Shown here one piece after another: positions 23,478 to 36,984 of a stretch of DNA of 64,000 nucleotides. A program made the translations under genes and the position numbers. Numbering within the stretch: the stretch's first letter is position 1; the number at the start of each line of letters is the position of its first letter. The stretch is from Eledone cirrhosa (Eukaryota). Below the pieces are notes generated by a model. The model searched no databases and was not told the DNA's origin. It saw nothing but the letters and a program-made list of their open reading frames with translations. The stretch is taken from positions 222,084,001 to 222,148,000 of the forward strand of contig OZ024741.1 in the NCBI GenBank assembly GCA_964016885.1, in the 5' to 3' direction.

Positions 23478-24051
23478 TATGTATATGTACATACATATAT
23501 GTGTACAGACGTACAGTAGTATGTATATATATATACATACATGCACACATATATATATATGTACGTATGGGTTTACCGAACATTTATTATAATGTTCGGT
23601 TTGTTTGTAAACAAACAGCCCGAATTACGCCGTACAGTGTTCGGCAACCATCGTTGCCATTTTGTTCAACACTGACAGAGGAACGATGTACTAGTTTCAA
23701 GCTTATTAGCTATTGTCAGCATTGTATACTTTGCTGTCAGATGATAGAACGTCTGAAAGTATATACTTTCCTTATGCATATTAACGGCTGAGCAGGCTAA
23801 TTTGCATATCGAGTGAGTTAGTAGGCCGGGCGCACCGAAAACGATAAATGGAAAAAATGAAACGGAATTTCATTTCCCACTCTTAGTACGGCTGATACTT
23901 AAATATAAGTATGTATACATACATACATATATGTGTACAGACGTACAGTAGTATGTATATATATACATACATGCACACACATATATATGTACGTATGGGC
24001 CGTATCAGTCGTACTAAGAGTGAGAAATGAAATTTTGCTTCATTCTTTACC

Positions 24052-24150
<99 letters not shown>

Positions 24151-24164
24151 TATATACACACACA

Positions 24165-24264
24165 TACAGGGTGTCCCCGAAAATGTATATACACTTCAAC
24201 AGTATTGTAATATTGCCTGTACAGATAATCAAAGTGTGTATACATTTTTGGGGACACACTTTTA
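24165..24264. mobile_element. Tiny Tc1/mariner-type MITE remnant
   Basis: TA-CAGGGTGTCCCCGAAAATGTATA ... TATACATTTTTGGGGACAC inverted ends. Confidence 0.6.
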
Positions 24265-24499
24265 TAAAATTAAATTTCATTCACAGTTGTATAAATAACA
24301 TTACAGATTGTTCAAAACTTTTCAGAATGAAAATATAAACACAAATAATAAATAGAATTAACTATTGTTAAGAACCTCACAAATATAACGTACCTAAAGA
24401 TACGACGAGAGTGAGAAAAAAAAGGGGGGGGGGAAGAAAACAAAAACAAAAAAACTATCATCAATTCTTTACTTAGTGTGACAATCCGCTGTTCACCAC

Positions 24500-25095
24500 A
24501 ATGGTGAAAATTTTGAGGCAAGCCAATACGCTTGCAGCATTACTGCGGGTGCGCTGAAATAACCAGGTACCCCCACGGTCATCACTTGACACCTTGGAAA
24601 GGTGCGCTGCCAATGGTAACAAAATCTTGGCTGTCAGCGGCCCACCTCAACAAAACGTTGCGAACGTCACAGGCTTGTAAAAATAATTGTTTCATAGTTC
24701 CCGGTATTTTCGGAGTTTATTCCATTCAGCAACGGAAGCAGCAGACCTGGCAATTTCTAAAAACCCAAACGGGGAGTACCATGAAAAATGGGGAGAAATG
24801 AGGCAAAATCGGGAGGTTTTACATAATGAAAGCTACACCTATTTTCACAAGAGAAGACATCTCTCACCCACCCCAAAGTGGGTGGCAGATCTCTCCGTCA
24901 GACGGGGAGAGTTAACAGGTCTGAAACAGTGACCCTCACATTTACTGCAGCATCCATGATGTTGGCGGGAGCATAAGAGTCGCTAACTGTGGCGTCCCAG
25001 ATGATACACTGCCTCTTATCTAGGGATAAAGGTTAAAGCCGTCTGGTCTTTTCTCATCACTTCTGGATAATCCAACCGGCTCCAGAATTGAGGGG
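24500..25095 (-). mobile_element. Second decayed CRE-type RLE fragment with an internal insertion
   Basis: EPVGLSRSDEKRPDG...IWDATV on the minus strand; 3' part similar to 21616-21800. Confidence 0.7.
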
Positions 25096-25242
25096 TTGTA
25101 TCATCATCATCATCATGCTTTCTCTGCTAGGGTTAGACTTTGTATGTATCTATGTATGTATATGTGAGTGTATGTATTTTATGGAGATTTAGTTAAATGA
25201 AAAAGACCTCCACATAAACCAAAAAGAGGTATAAGGATTTGT

Positions 25243-25294
25243 ATACACATGTATATATATATATATATATATATACACATGTATATATATATAT

Positions 25295-25355
<61 letters not shown>

Positions 25356-25357
25356 TC

Positions 25358-25393
<36 letters not shown>

Positions 25394-25434
25394 CATTTAT
25401 ATATATATACACATATATATATATATATATACAC

Positions 25435-25495
<61 letters not shown>

Positions 25496-25824
25496 TATAT
25501 ATACACATATATATATATATACACATATATACACATATATATATACACATATATATATATATACACACATATATATATACACACATATATATATACACAT
25601 ATATATATATACACATATATATATATATATACACATATATATATGTACACACATATATATATATATATATACACATATATATATACACACATATATATAG
25701 ATACACATATATATATATATATATACACATATATATATACACATATATATATACACATATATATATATATACACATATATATATATATACACATATATAT
25801 ATATATACACATATATATATATAT

Positions 25825-25863
<39 letters not shown>

Positions 25864-25865
25864 CA
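25243..25865. repeat. Compound (TA)n/(CA)n microsatellite, about 620 bp
   Basis: Direct reading; other (TA)n tracts near 24055-24140, 27590-27765, 39588-39637, 51600-51698. Confidence 0.98.
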
Positions 25866-25869
25866 CAGA

Positions 25870-27528
25870 AGGACTGGCGTAGCAGCATCATCATTAACTG
25901 CTACAAGGGTAAAGGAGATGCCCTAGATAGGAGTAACTATAGAGGCATTAAATTAATCGACCAGGTCATGAAGGTCACAGAAAAAGTAATAGCGCAATTA
26001 ATCAGAGAGAGAATTGATCTAGATGAAATACAGTTCGGGTTTGTGTCAGGTAAAAGTACCACAGACGCTCTTTTCATTGTATGACAACTACAGGAGAAGT
26101 ACCTAGCTAAAAGTAAACCCCTATACTTAGTTTTGTCGACTTGGAGAAAGCCTTCGACAGAGTCCTCCGTTCCATTATCTGGTGGGCTCTTAGAAAACTA
26201 GGTGTTGATGAATGGCTTGTGAGAGCTATACAAGCCATGTATAAAGAAACAGTCAGCAAGGTTAGAATTAACAACGAATATAGTGAAGAGTTTAGCGTAA
26301 AAGTTGGTGTTCATCAGGGCTCCGTTCTTAGCCCGCTACTATTTATTATTGCCCTTCAGGCTATAACAGTGGAGTTCAAGACCGGCTGCCCATGGGAACT
26401 CCTATACGCAGATGATCTAACGCTCATAGCTGAATCAAAGGCTGAACTAGAGAAGAAATTCCAAACTTGGAAGCATGGCCTAGAATCAAAAGGCCTTAAA
26501 ATTAACTTGTCTAAGACTAAAGTTCTAGTATGTAGGAAGGAAAATAGGGCACTGGTCCCCTCTGGGAAATGGCCATGCTCAGTGTATAGGAAAGGAGTAG
26601 GCAGAAACTCCATTTTATGTCCCAAATGCAAAGTATGGGTGCATAAAAGATGTAGTGGGATCACAGGTAAACTAACTAAGAACATAGATTTTATATGTGG
26701 CCGGTGCTCAGGTGCAATAAGTAGTAGCACGTGTCCACAGGATACTAGCTCCTTCCATTGCCCAGATGGTTCTATAGAAATAGTGGACACCTTCCGTTAC
26801 CTGGGTGACAAAATCAGCAGTGGTGGAGGGTGCTCTGAAAGTACAGTAGCTAGAGTCAAAATGGGATGGAAAAAGTTCAAAGACCTTATACCATTATTGG
26901 GCACTAAAAGTTTCTCCCTAAAAATGAAAGGCAGGCTGTATGATGCCTGCATACGAAAAGCAATGTTGCATGGCAGTGAGACCTGGGCATTGTGTGCAGA
27001 GGATATACGCAGACTAGAGAGAAACGAAGCTTGCATGCTCCGCTGGATGTGTAATAGTAATATACGTGAACGGCAAAGCATAAACAAACTAAGGGAAAAA
27101 TTAGAAATAAGAGGGATCAGATGTTGTTTACTCGAGAGAAGACTACGTTGGTATGGTCACGTGATGCGTATGAAAGACGACAGCTGTATAAAAAAGTGCA
27201 GGGCAATAAAAATAGACGGTAGCCACGGAGTAGGCAGACCCAGAAAAACCTGGGACGACTTGATAAATTCCGACCTCACACACTTACACCTCTCCAAGAC
27301 AATGTCACTGGACCGAGATCTTTGGCGCTACACAGTAATAGAGAAGACCTGCCTTATCTAAGTACAAAGCAAAACCTACTACAGTCAGTAGGCTCCTCTA
27401 ACAAAATACAGACAGTCCTATGCGAGCAAGACAACCACTCTTGCCTCAAGTGGGAAAACTCCCGTCCAAACCCATGCAAGCGTGGAATATGGACGTTAAA
27501 CGATGATGATGATGATGATGATGATGAT
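25870..27528 (+). mobile_element. 5'-truncated RTE LINE with a 406-aa open RT segment
   Basis: ORF 26141-27361: EKAFDRV, HQGSVLSP, LYADD, Cys-rich finger, GRPRKTW; (GAT)n tail. Confidence 0.95.
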
Positions 27529-27653
27529 GACACATATCATCATTATCATCATCATTTTACGTCCGCTTTTCCTTGCTTGCAAGGGTGGGAATATATATAT
27601 ATATATACACACATATATATATATACACATATATATATATACATATATATATA

Positions 27654-27767
<114 letters not shown>

Positions 27768-28229
27768 TAATATTAAGGATACTATTTATGGTTATGTAAA
27801 TATAAAACTTTTTATAGTTATGTATATTTTAAACCCTAAACAGTGAAGGTCATTAATTTATTACTACCTTATTACCATAAGATAAATAGCTCAATGTAAT
27901 AACATCAGTTGTTCTAGAGAGCAGTTATATAGAATTCACAAGAATCAAAGCTATGTTCAAAGCAATTGTTGCATCCAAACCTAGGCTTGGAGTCTTCGGA
28001 GCATTTTTCAATGTTTGTACATATAATTGACCTCCTTTCCAATGCAAGAGACATACAGATACATATATATATATATTGATGTACAGTGGAGTGACATATA
28101 TTACACTATACTATTTTTGTACAGAAATTCAAATTCAAGATCAAAATCAAAATCAAAATCAAAATTAAAATTCAAAATTAAAATACATTCGGCAGATAAC
28201 ACAGGTAATGCAGGGTATTTTGTTAGAGA

Positions 28230-28432
28230 TGCCTACTGGCTGTAGTAGGTTTTACTATGTATTTAGGTAAGGCGGGTCTTCTCTGTTACTGAGTACCGCC
28301 AAAGGTCTCGGTCCAGTGACATTGTCTTGGAGAGGTGTAAGTGTGTGAGGTCGGAGTTTATCAGCTCGTCCCAGGCTTTTCTAGGTCTGCCTATTCCGTG
28401 GCTACCGTCTATCTTTATTGCCCTGCACTTTG
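28230..28432 (-). mobile_element. Inverted fragment of the RTE C-terminus
   Basis: [27 protein letters not shown] on the minus strand. Confidence 0.85.
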
Positions 28433-28436
28433 TTAT

Positions 28437-28483
<47 letters not shown>

Positions 28484-28504
28484 CACTCAAATATATAGTA
28501 GAAA

Positions 28505-30717
28505 TATACCAGGTGTTCAGGATTGCTAGACAATGTGTCAAGGAAAATCGTGATATTGTCGGGGAGGAGTGTGTACGTAATGATGATGGTATACTTGCTG
28601 TCTCTGATACTGATAAGAAAGTAGCTTGAAAGTGTCACTACAAGAGGCTACTAAATGAGGAGAATAAGTGGGAAAAAGATAGTCTGCCCCAAATCGATCC
28701 AATAGAGGGACCAGCAGTGCAAGTTGAAGGTAGTATAATAAGTAAGGCAATCAAAGAGATGAAGACAGGCAAAGCAGCTGGGCCTTCAGAGAATGTTGCT
28801 GAAATGCTGAAAGCATCTGGATTGGTGGGATACACTATGGTCTCCCGGATAGTAAACCAAGTCATACAGAATGGGGTTATACCAAATGACTGGCATAGCA
28901 ACATCATCATTAATTGCCACAAGGGTAAAGGAGATGCCTTAGAGAGGGGAAACTATAAAGGCATTAAATTAATTGACCATGTCATGAAGGTCACAGAAAA
29001 AGTTATAGGTCAACTAATCAGAGAGCAAATTGATCTAGATGAAATGCAGTTTGGGTTGATGTCAGGTAAAAGTACGACAACTTCAGGAGAAGTACCTAGC
29101 TAAACGTAAACCCCTATACTTAGCTTTTGTTGACTTGGAGAAAGCCTTTGACAGAGTCCCCCGCTCCATTATCTGGCGGGCTCTTAGAAAACTGGGTATT
29201 GATGAATGGCTTGTCAGAGCTATACAAGCCATGTATAAAGAAACAGTCAACAAGGTTAGAATTAACAATGAATATAGTGAAGAGTTCAGCGTAAAAGTTG
29301 GTGTTCATCAGGGCACTGTCCTTAGCCCCCTCCTATTTATTATTGCCGTTCAGTCTATAACAGAGGGGTTCAAGCTGCCCATGGGAACTTCTATACGCAG
29401 ATGATCTAACGCTCATAGCTGAATCAATGGCTGAACTAGAGAAGAAATTCCAAACTTGGAAGCATGGCCGAGGATCAAAAGGCCTTAAAATTAACTTCTC
29501 TAAGACTAAAGTCCTAGTATGTAGGAAGGAAAATAGCGCACTGGTCCTCTCTGGGAAATGGCCATGCTCAGTGTGTAGGAAAGGAGTAGGCAGAAACTCC
29601 ATTTTATGTCCCAAATGCAATGTATGGGTGCATAAAAGATGTAGTGGGATCACAGGTAAACTAACTAAGAACATAGATTTTATATGTGGCCGGTGCTCAG
29701 GTGCAATAAGTAGTAGCAAGTGTCCACAGGATACTAGCTCCTTCCATTGCCCAGATGGTTCTATAGAAATAGTAGACACCTTCCGTTACCTAGGTGACAA
29801 AATGAGCAGTGGTGGTGGCTGCTCTGAAAGTACAGTAGCTAGAGTCAAAACGGGATGGAAAAAGTTTAGAGAGCTTATACCACTATTGGCCGCTAAAGGT
29901 TTCTCCCTAAAAATGAAAGGCAGACTGTATGATGCTTGCATACGAACAGCAATGTTACATGGCAGTGAGACCTGGGCATTGTGTGCAGAGGATCTGCACA
30001 GACTGCAGAGGAACGAAGCCTGCATGCTCCGTTGGATGTGTAATAGTAATATACGCGAACGGCAAAGCATAAATGAACTAAGTGAGAAATTAAGAATAAG
30101 AGGGATCTGATGCTGTTTACTCGAGAGAAGACTACGTTGGTATGGTCACGTGATGCGCATGGGCGATTAAAATAGACGGAAGCTACGGAGTAGGTAGACC
30201 CAGAAAAACCTGGCACGATTTGATAAATTCCGACCTTACACACTTACACCTCTAAGACAATGTCACTGGACCAAGATCTTTGGCACTACGCAGTAATACA
30301 GAAGACCCGCCTTGCCTAAGTACAAAGCGAAACCTACAGTCAGTAGGCACCTCTTAATCAAATATACACCCCCATCCCACTACCCCAACTTCCACACACC
30401 CACCCCCATCAACACCACGCCTTTCTTTGTAAAGTTATGTTGGTACCACAGCATCCAGTCCTAAATAAATGAGATTGTGTAGGTGTCACAACAAAAAAAC
30501 ACACAGTCCACGCTGTAATGTGGCCGTGTAGGTAACACGGTAATAACCTCCCAGTCCACACTGTAAACGTGGTTGGTGTTAGGAAGGGCATCCAGCCGTA
30601 GAAAACCCGCCAGACAGTCCTATACGAGCAAGACAACCAATCTTGCGTCACGTAGGACAACTCCCGTCTAAACCCATGCTAGCGTGGAAGATAGACGTTA
30701 AACGATGATGATGATGA
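28505..30717 (+). mobile_element. 5'-truncated RTE LINE, frameshifted
   Basis: ORFs 28717-29103, 29135-29404, 29427-30110; complete 3' UTR and (GAT)n tail. Confidence 0.95.
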
Positions 30718-31460
30718 TACCAGTACCAAGTGAAAGAGGGAATCCGTACCTGACAGTTTAGATGCAGGGTTATGAGTTAATACAACCCTCCCGTTCTTTC
30801 TTCCTCTTTGGTATATGTTTCTGTATACAGATAATGTTCCAATCACTTTAGTCGATCATATTGACCCCGGTATTTGTTTTTTCATGTCTGGTACATATTC
30901 TATCAACCTTTTTTTGTCAAACAGCTAAGTTATGACACACACAACACACAACACACATATACACACAACACACATACACACAACACACATACAATACACA
31001 TACAGACATACACACATACAACACACAACACACATACACTACACACAACACACAATACGTACACACAACACACATACACACAACAGACACACACAAAACA
31101 CATACACACAACAGACACACAACACACATACACACACAACACATACACACAACAGACATACACAACACACATACACACAACACACACAACAGACACACAC
31201 AACACACATACGCAACACACAACACACATACACACACCACACATATAGACATACACTCAACATACACACATACAGACATTCAACATACACAACACATAAC
31301 ACATACACACACAGCACACATACACACAACACACTTATACATGTACACGTTAGTATGTTGTACAGTTTACCTGCCAAGTATGTTATCTAAAGACACCTGT
31401 AGATTTCTCTGTAAATTCTTTTTGTTTGATTTTGTTATTTATCATCTCACATGCATCATA

Positions 31461-33323
31461 CCAATCTGTTTACAACTGCTTCTCCAATCTGTTTTACAAC
31501 TGCTTCTCCAATCTGTTTTACAACTGCTTCTCCAATCTGTTTTACAACTAGTTCTCCAATCTGTTTTGCAACTAGTTCTCCAATCTGTTTTACAACTAAT
31601 TCTCCAATCTGTTTTACAACTAGTTCTCCAATCTGTTTTACAACTAGTTCTCCAATCTGTTTTACAACTAGTTCTCCAATCTGTTTTACAACTAGTTCTC
31701 CAATCTGTTTTACAACTAGTTCTCCAATCTGTTTTACAACTAGTTCTCCAATCTGTTTTACAACTAGTTCTCCAATCTGTTTTACAACTAGTTCTCCAAT
31801 CTGTTTTACAACTAGTTCTCCAATCTGTTTTACAACTAGTTCTCCAATCTGTATTACAACTAGTTCTCCAATCTGTTTTACAACTAGTTCTCCAATCTGT
31901 TTTACAACTAGTTCTCCAATCTGTTTTGCAACTAGTTCTCCAATCTGTTTTACAACTGCTTCTCCAATCTGTTTTACAACTAGTTCTCCAATCTGTTTTG
32001 CAACTAGTTCTCCAATCTGTTTTGCAACTAGTTCTCCAATCTGTTTTACAACTGCTTCTCCAATCTGTTTTACAACTAGTTCTCCAATCTGTTTTACAAC
32101 TAATTCTCCAATCTGTTTTACAACTAGTTCTCCAATCTGTTTTACAACTAGTTCTCCAATCTGTTTTGCAACTAATTCTCCAATCTGTTTTACAACTAGT
32201 TCTCCAATCTGTTTTACAACTAGTTCTCCAATCTGTTTTACAACTAGTTCTCCAATCTGTTTTACAACTAGTTCTCCAATCTGTTTTGCAACTAGTTCTC
32301 CAATCTGTTTTACAACTGCTTCTCCAATCTGTTTTACAACTAGTTCTCCAATCTGTTTTACAACTAGTTCTCCAATCTGTTTTACAACTAGTTCTCCAAT
32401 CTGTTTTACAACTAGTTCTCCAATCTGTTTTACAACTAATTCTCCAATCTGTTTTGCAACTAGTTCTCCAATCTGTTTTGCAACTAGTTCTCCAATCTGT
32501 TTTGCAACTAGTTCTCCAATTTGTTTTACAACTAGTTCTCCAATCTGTTTTGCAACTAGTTCTCCAATTTGTTTTACAACTAGTTCTCCAATCTGTTTTG
32601 CAACTAGTTCTCCAATCTGTTTTGCAACTAGTTCTCCAATTTGTTTTACAACTAGTTCTCCAATCTATTTTGCAACTAATTCTCCAATCTGTTTTGCAAC
32701 TAGTTCTCCAATCTGTTTTGCAACTAGTTCTCCAATCTGTTTTGCAACTAGTTCTCCAATTTGTTTTACAACTAGTTCTCCAATCTGTTTTACAACTAGT
32801 TCTCCAATCTGTTTTACAACTAGTTCTCCAATCTGTTTTACAACTAGTTCTCCAATCTGTTTTGCAACTAGTTCTCCAATCTGTTTTACAACTGCTTCTC
32901 CAATCTGTTTTACAACTAGTTCTCCAATCTGTTTTACAACTAGTTCTCCAATCTGTTTTACAACTAGTTCTCCAATCTGTTTTACAACTAGTTCTCCAAT
33001 CTGTTTTACAACTAATTCTCCAATCTGTTTTGCAACTAGTTCTCCAATCTGTTTTGCAACTAGTTCTCCAATCTGTTTTGCAACTAGTTCTCCAATTTGT
33101 TTTACAACTAGTTCTCCAATCTGTTTTGCAACTAGTTCTCCAATTTGTTTTACAACTAGTTCTCCAATCTGTTTTGCAACTAGTTCTCCAATTTGTTTTA
33201 CAACTAGTTCTCCAATCTATTTTGCAACTAATTCTCCAATCTGTTTTACAACTAATTCTCCAATCTGTTTTGCAACTAGTTCTCCAATCTGTTTTGCAAC
33301 TAGTTCTCCAATCTGTTTTGCAA
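31461..33323. repeat. 24-bp minisatellite CAACTAGTTCTCCAATCTGTTTTA, about 78 copies
   Basis: Direct reading; accounts for the 635-666 aa ORFs. Confidence 0.98.
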
Positions 33324-33915
33324 ACAGGCAATATCACATAGATGCACACAATTGCATGCCAGCAATGTGGTTGATGATGTAGAGATGTAGTTGTCTGTTT
33401 GTCTTATGGAGCTGTGTTTCTGTGTGTATGTTCTGCCTTTACACACACTCTCACACACACATATTCTAACAGTATTACCCAACATTGTTCAGGAAAGAGA
33501 TGACTCAGTCAGTGGACAATTCTCTTGAAAAATAAATCCATTTCTTTTACAGAGAATTTACAGAGAAATCTACAGGTGTCTTTAGATAACATACTTGGCA
33601 GGTAAACTGTACAACATACCAATGTGTATGTGTGTTGTGTGTGTGTATGTGTGTTGTGTATGTCTGTATGTCTGTATGCGTGTTGTATGTGTGTTGTATG
33701 TATGTGTGTTGTGTGTATGTGTATATGTGTGTTGTGTGTGTCATAACTTAGCTGTTTGACAAAAAAAGGTTGATAAAAGATGTACCAGACATGATAAAAC
33801 AAATACCGGGGTCAATATGATCGACTAAAGTGATTGGAACATTATCTGTATACAGAAACATATACCAAAGAGGGAGAAAGAACGGGAGAGTTGTATTAAC
33901 TCATAGCCCTGCCCC

Positions 33916-34209
33916 CAGGGGCCTCGTTTGCCTTAAAAATGTGAGGGGGACAAACCAACATTTGTTGATTCTTAAAGGAGCATGTTAGTATTGCTTATGG
34001 TGCCTTTCCTGGACCCTATCACATAAGTAAAATTTTACGCTAATTAAATTTTATATATTCAAATGAAGTTCAGATATAAAAAAAATAAGCTTAAAAAGGA
34101 TTTATTATATCAAATAAACAAAAAAATAAAACATAGACGTTATGGGAGAGGGGGGGGCGGGAGGAAGTGGTACTTGTCCCCTGGTACCCCTCTTGAAACA
34201 AGGCCTTTG
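33916..34209. mobile_element. hAT-type MITE
   Basis: Imperfect TIRs CAGGGGCCTCGTTT / AAACAAGGCCTTTG; 8-bp TSD CCTGCCCC / CCTTCCCC. Confidence 0.7.
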
Positions 34210-34327
34210 CCTTCCCCTAAACTTTCAGGTACTTCAGGCTCCCTCTGGCACTTCAATCTTTCACTTCATTACAGCTAACACCTTGGTTTGAGTGTATGTA
34301 TGTATATATGTTTGTATGCATGCATGT

Positions 34328-34627
34328 ATGTATTATGTAGGGGTTCTCCTACATGGATATAAAGTAGTGGCCGTACTCGAAAACGAGTTGGCAGCCACCA
34401 TGTATTATGTAGGGGTTCTCCTACATGGATATAAAGTAGTGGCCGTACTCGAAAACGAGTTGGCAGCCACCATGTATTATGTAGGGGTTCTCCTACAAGG
34501 ATATAAAGTAGTGGCCGTACTCGAAAACGAGTTGGCAGCCACCATGTATTATGTAGGGGTTCTCCTACAAGGATATAAAGTAGTGGCCGTACTCGAAAAC
34601 GAGTTGGCAGCCACCATGTATTATGTA
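34328..34627. repeat. 72-bp tandem repeat x4 with internal hairpins
   Basis: Unit ATGTATTATGTAGGGGTTCTCCTACAWGGATATAAAGTAGTGGCCGTACTCGAAAACGAGTTGGCAGCCACC. Confidence 0.97.
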
Positions 34628-34861
34628 TGTATATCTGTGTGTATGTTGCCAAAAGGCTCCAAAACGGTCGGATCTGTGTCCCAGAGAAAAGGTTTTGGGG
34701 GCAGTATCTTAATTACTAAAAGAATAAAAGAAAAATCCTCAAAAAAGAGAAAACAGTAATACTATGAATTACTGTTACAATTTAAGTAGCTATGGGGGAC
34801 AGAGAGAGTTACCAGAGAAATTAACAGAATAATGAGAAAAAGACAAATGTTAAGAACAAAC

Positions 34862-35659
34862 TACCACCACCACTGTCACCACCACCGTCACCACCACTGT
34901 CAGCTCAAACGTCACCACCACCACTCACCACCAACGTACCACCGCCGCCACCACCACCACTGTCACCTCCTCCACCCCCCACCGCCACCACTGTCACCTC
35001 CACCACCAACGTCACCACCACCACCACCGCCACCGTCACCTCCTCCTCCACCACCACTGTCACCACCAACGTCACCACCACCACTGTCACCACCAACGTC
35101 ATCACCACCACCACTGTCACCTCCTCCACCACCACTGTCACCACCGCCGCCACCCCCACCACCAACGTCACCACCACCACCACCGTCACCTCCTCCACCA
35201 CCACTGTCACCACCACCACCACCACAAGCACCAGCACCACCACCACCAGCACCACCTCCAACGTCACCAGCACCACCTCCAACGTCACCAGCACCAGCAC
35301 CACCAGCACCACCACCAGCACCACCAGCACCACCAGCACCACCACCACCAGCACCACCAGCATCACCACCAGTACCACCACTGTCACCACCAGCACCACC
35401 ACCAGTACCACCAGTGTGAGTGAAATTAATGTACAAGTCGTTGAGAATTCCACAGTCATGTGTACTTTTAACTTAGTTCTCAGGGAGATTCAATGTGACA
35501 CAGTGCATGATAAGGCCGGCCCTTTGAATTACAGGTACAGTCTATCTTGTGTTATAGTGCAAGTGGCTGCTACTACTACTACTGTTGCTACTACTACTGT
35601 TGCTACTACTACTGCTGCTACTACTGCTACTGCTACTACTACTGCTGCTGCTGCTGCTG

Positions 35660-35695
<36 letters not shown>

Positions 35696-35762
35696 TTGCT
35701 GCTAATACTACTACTACTGCTACTACTTCTACTGCTACTATTACTGCTGCTACTACTACTGT
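34862..35762. repeat. Degenerate (CCA)n tract (34862-35415) and (CTA/CTG)n tract (35567-35762)
   Basis: Direct reading; source of the polyP, polyG, polyT and polyS ORFs. Confidence 0.95.
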
Positions 35763-35807
35763 TGTTTACAGGATTGACACATTCCAGTAATGATAAGAGA
35801 GTATGAT

Positions 35808-36095
35808 AAGGGTGTTGACTAAGCACATGAGGGTATTGATCAACAGTGTTGGTAAGAGGGTGTTAACTAAGCACATGAGGGTATTGATCAACAGTGTTGG
35901 TAAGAGGGTGTTAACTAAGCACATGAGGGTATTGATCAACAGTGTTGGTAAGAGGGTATGATTAGGGTGTTAACTAAGCACATGAGGGTATTGATCAACA
36001 GTGTTGGTAAGAGGGTATGATGAGGGTGTTAACTAAGCACATGAGGGTATTGATCAACAGTGTTGGTAAGAGGGTATGATGAGGGTGTTGACCAA
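35808..36095. repeat. Tandem repeat, units of about 48-60 bp, about 5 copies
   Basis: GAGGGTGTTAACTAAGCACATGAGGGTATTGATCAACAGTGTTGGTAA. Confidence 0.9.
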
Positions 36096-36984
36096 ACATA
36101 CATTGCAGTAATGGTAAAAGAGTACCACTCACCACTGTACACTGTCTACAATATTTACTTAAAGTGGGTGGACAATAAATAATGTGATGTAGAACAACTA
36201 GTTTGTCCAGAAGATATAACACACACAAAACACAGCTACTTTTGTCATGAAATCTCATAATTTTAGGTAATCTCATAAATTTAGGCCACCTGGAGACCTG
36301 TAGGTTTTTCAACAATTATGAAAAGTTACACATGATGTTTAGCTGGGAGTTGCTTGATTTGTAAGTGGGGTGTGGGTAGGGATAGGAGATATGGAATAGC
36401 CAAAAGAGGTAGACAGATATCTAAATATTTTAGTAATAAATAGAGTTATGTATGGTAGCAATATCATTTACACTGTCTGATAAATTTACTAAATTTACCA
36501 TGAAGGACAGCAATTCTTATACTGGTGGGTTTGATGACTGGGTTTTGCACATACAGAACTGTTTCTGGCTAGGTTTCTATGGCCAACCAAATTTACAGTG
36601 TGGCCTGGGTGCTTTTTATCATTGCATGAAAATGATTAGCTGATAGGTTTCACTGGGTGCGTTTTGTTGTGTCACCAACATGACCACTTTACAGGGTGGA
36701 CTGGGTGTTTTTGTCATGTCACAAACATAACCATTTACAAGGTGGATTGGGCGCTTATATCTCATGTCACTAGCACGTCCACCTTACAGGGTTGGCTGGG
36801 TGCTCTTTTGTGATGTCACCAGCATGAGCACCTTACATGGTGGAATAAGGGCTTTTGTTGTCTCATCAGCATAACCACCTTTCAGCAGCATTGAGGGATA
36901 TATTACTTTTGCAAGATTTCTTATCTGAAAACGTGTTTTGAAACAGATATTGTTATACTTGGGGAGGGTCAGGCTGCCCATAAA

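Larger units (their letters stand above)
30729..34267. repeat. Long inverted repeat (arms about 30729-31419 and 33553-34267) enclosing a 24-bp array
   Basis: Arms are reverse complements, each with an (ACAC)-rich tract of different length; right arm interrupted by a MITE. Confidence 0.9.

Noticed and set aside
25179-25926. YIYI/HTHT ORFs here and near 24000, 27500 and 31000
   Set aside because: Dinucleotide microsatellite translations.
31341-33382. Three 635-666 aa ORFs (LQSVLQLV, SPICFTTS, SCKTDWRT repeats)
   Set aside because: Automatic result of a 24-bp unit lacking stops in those frames; intronic, with no unique domains.
34328-34627. CRISPR-like array of palindromic repeats
   Set aside because: No unique spacers, no cas genes, eukaryotic context.
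34832-35826. Extensin/formin-like polyproline, polyglycine and mucin-like ORFs
   Set aside because: Translations of degenerate (CCA)n and (CTA)n microsatellites with no splice or domain support.
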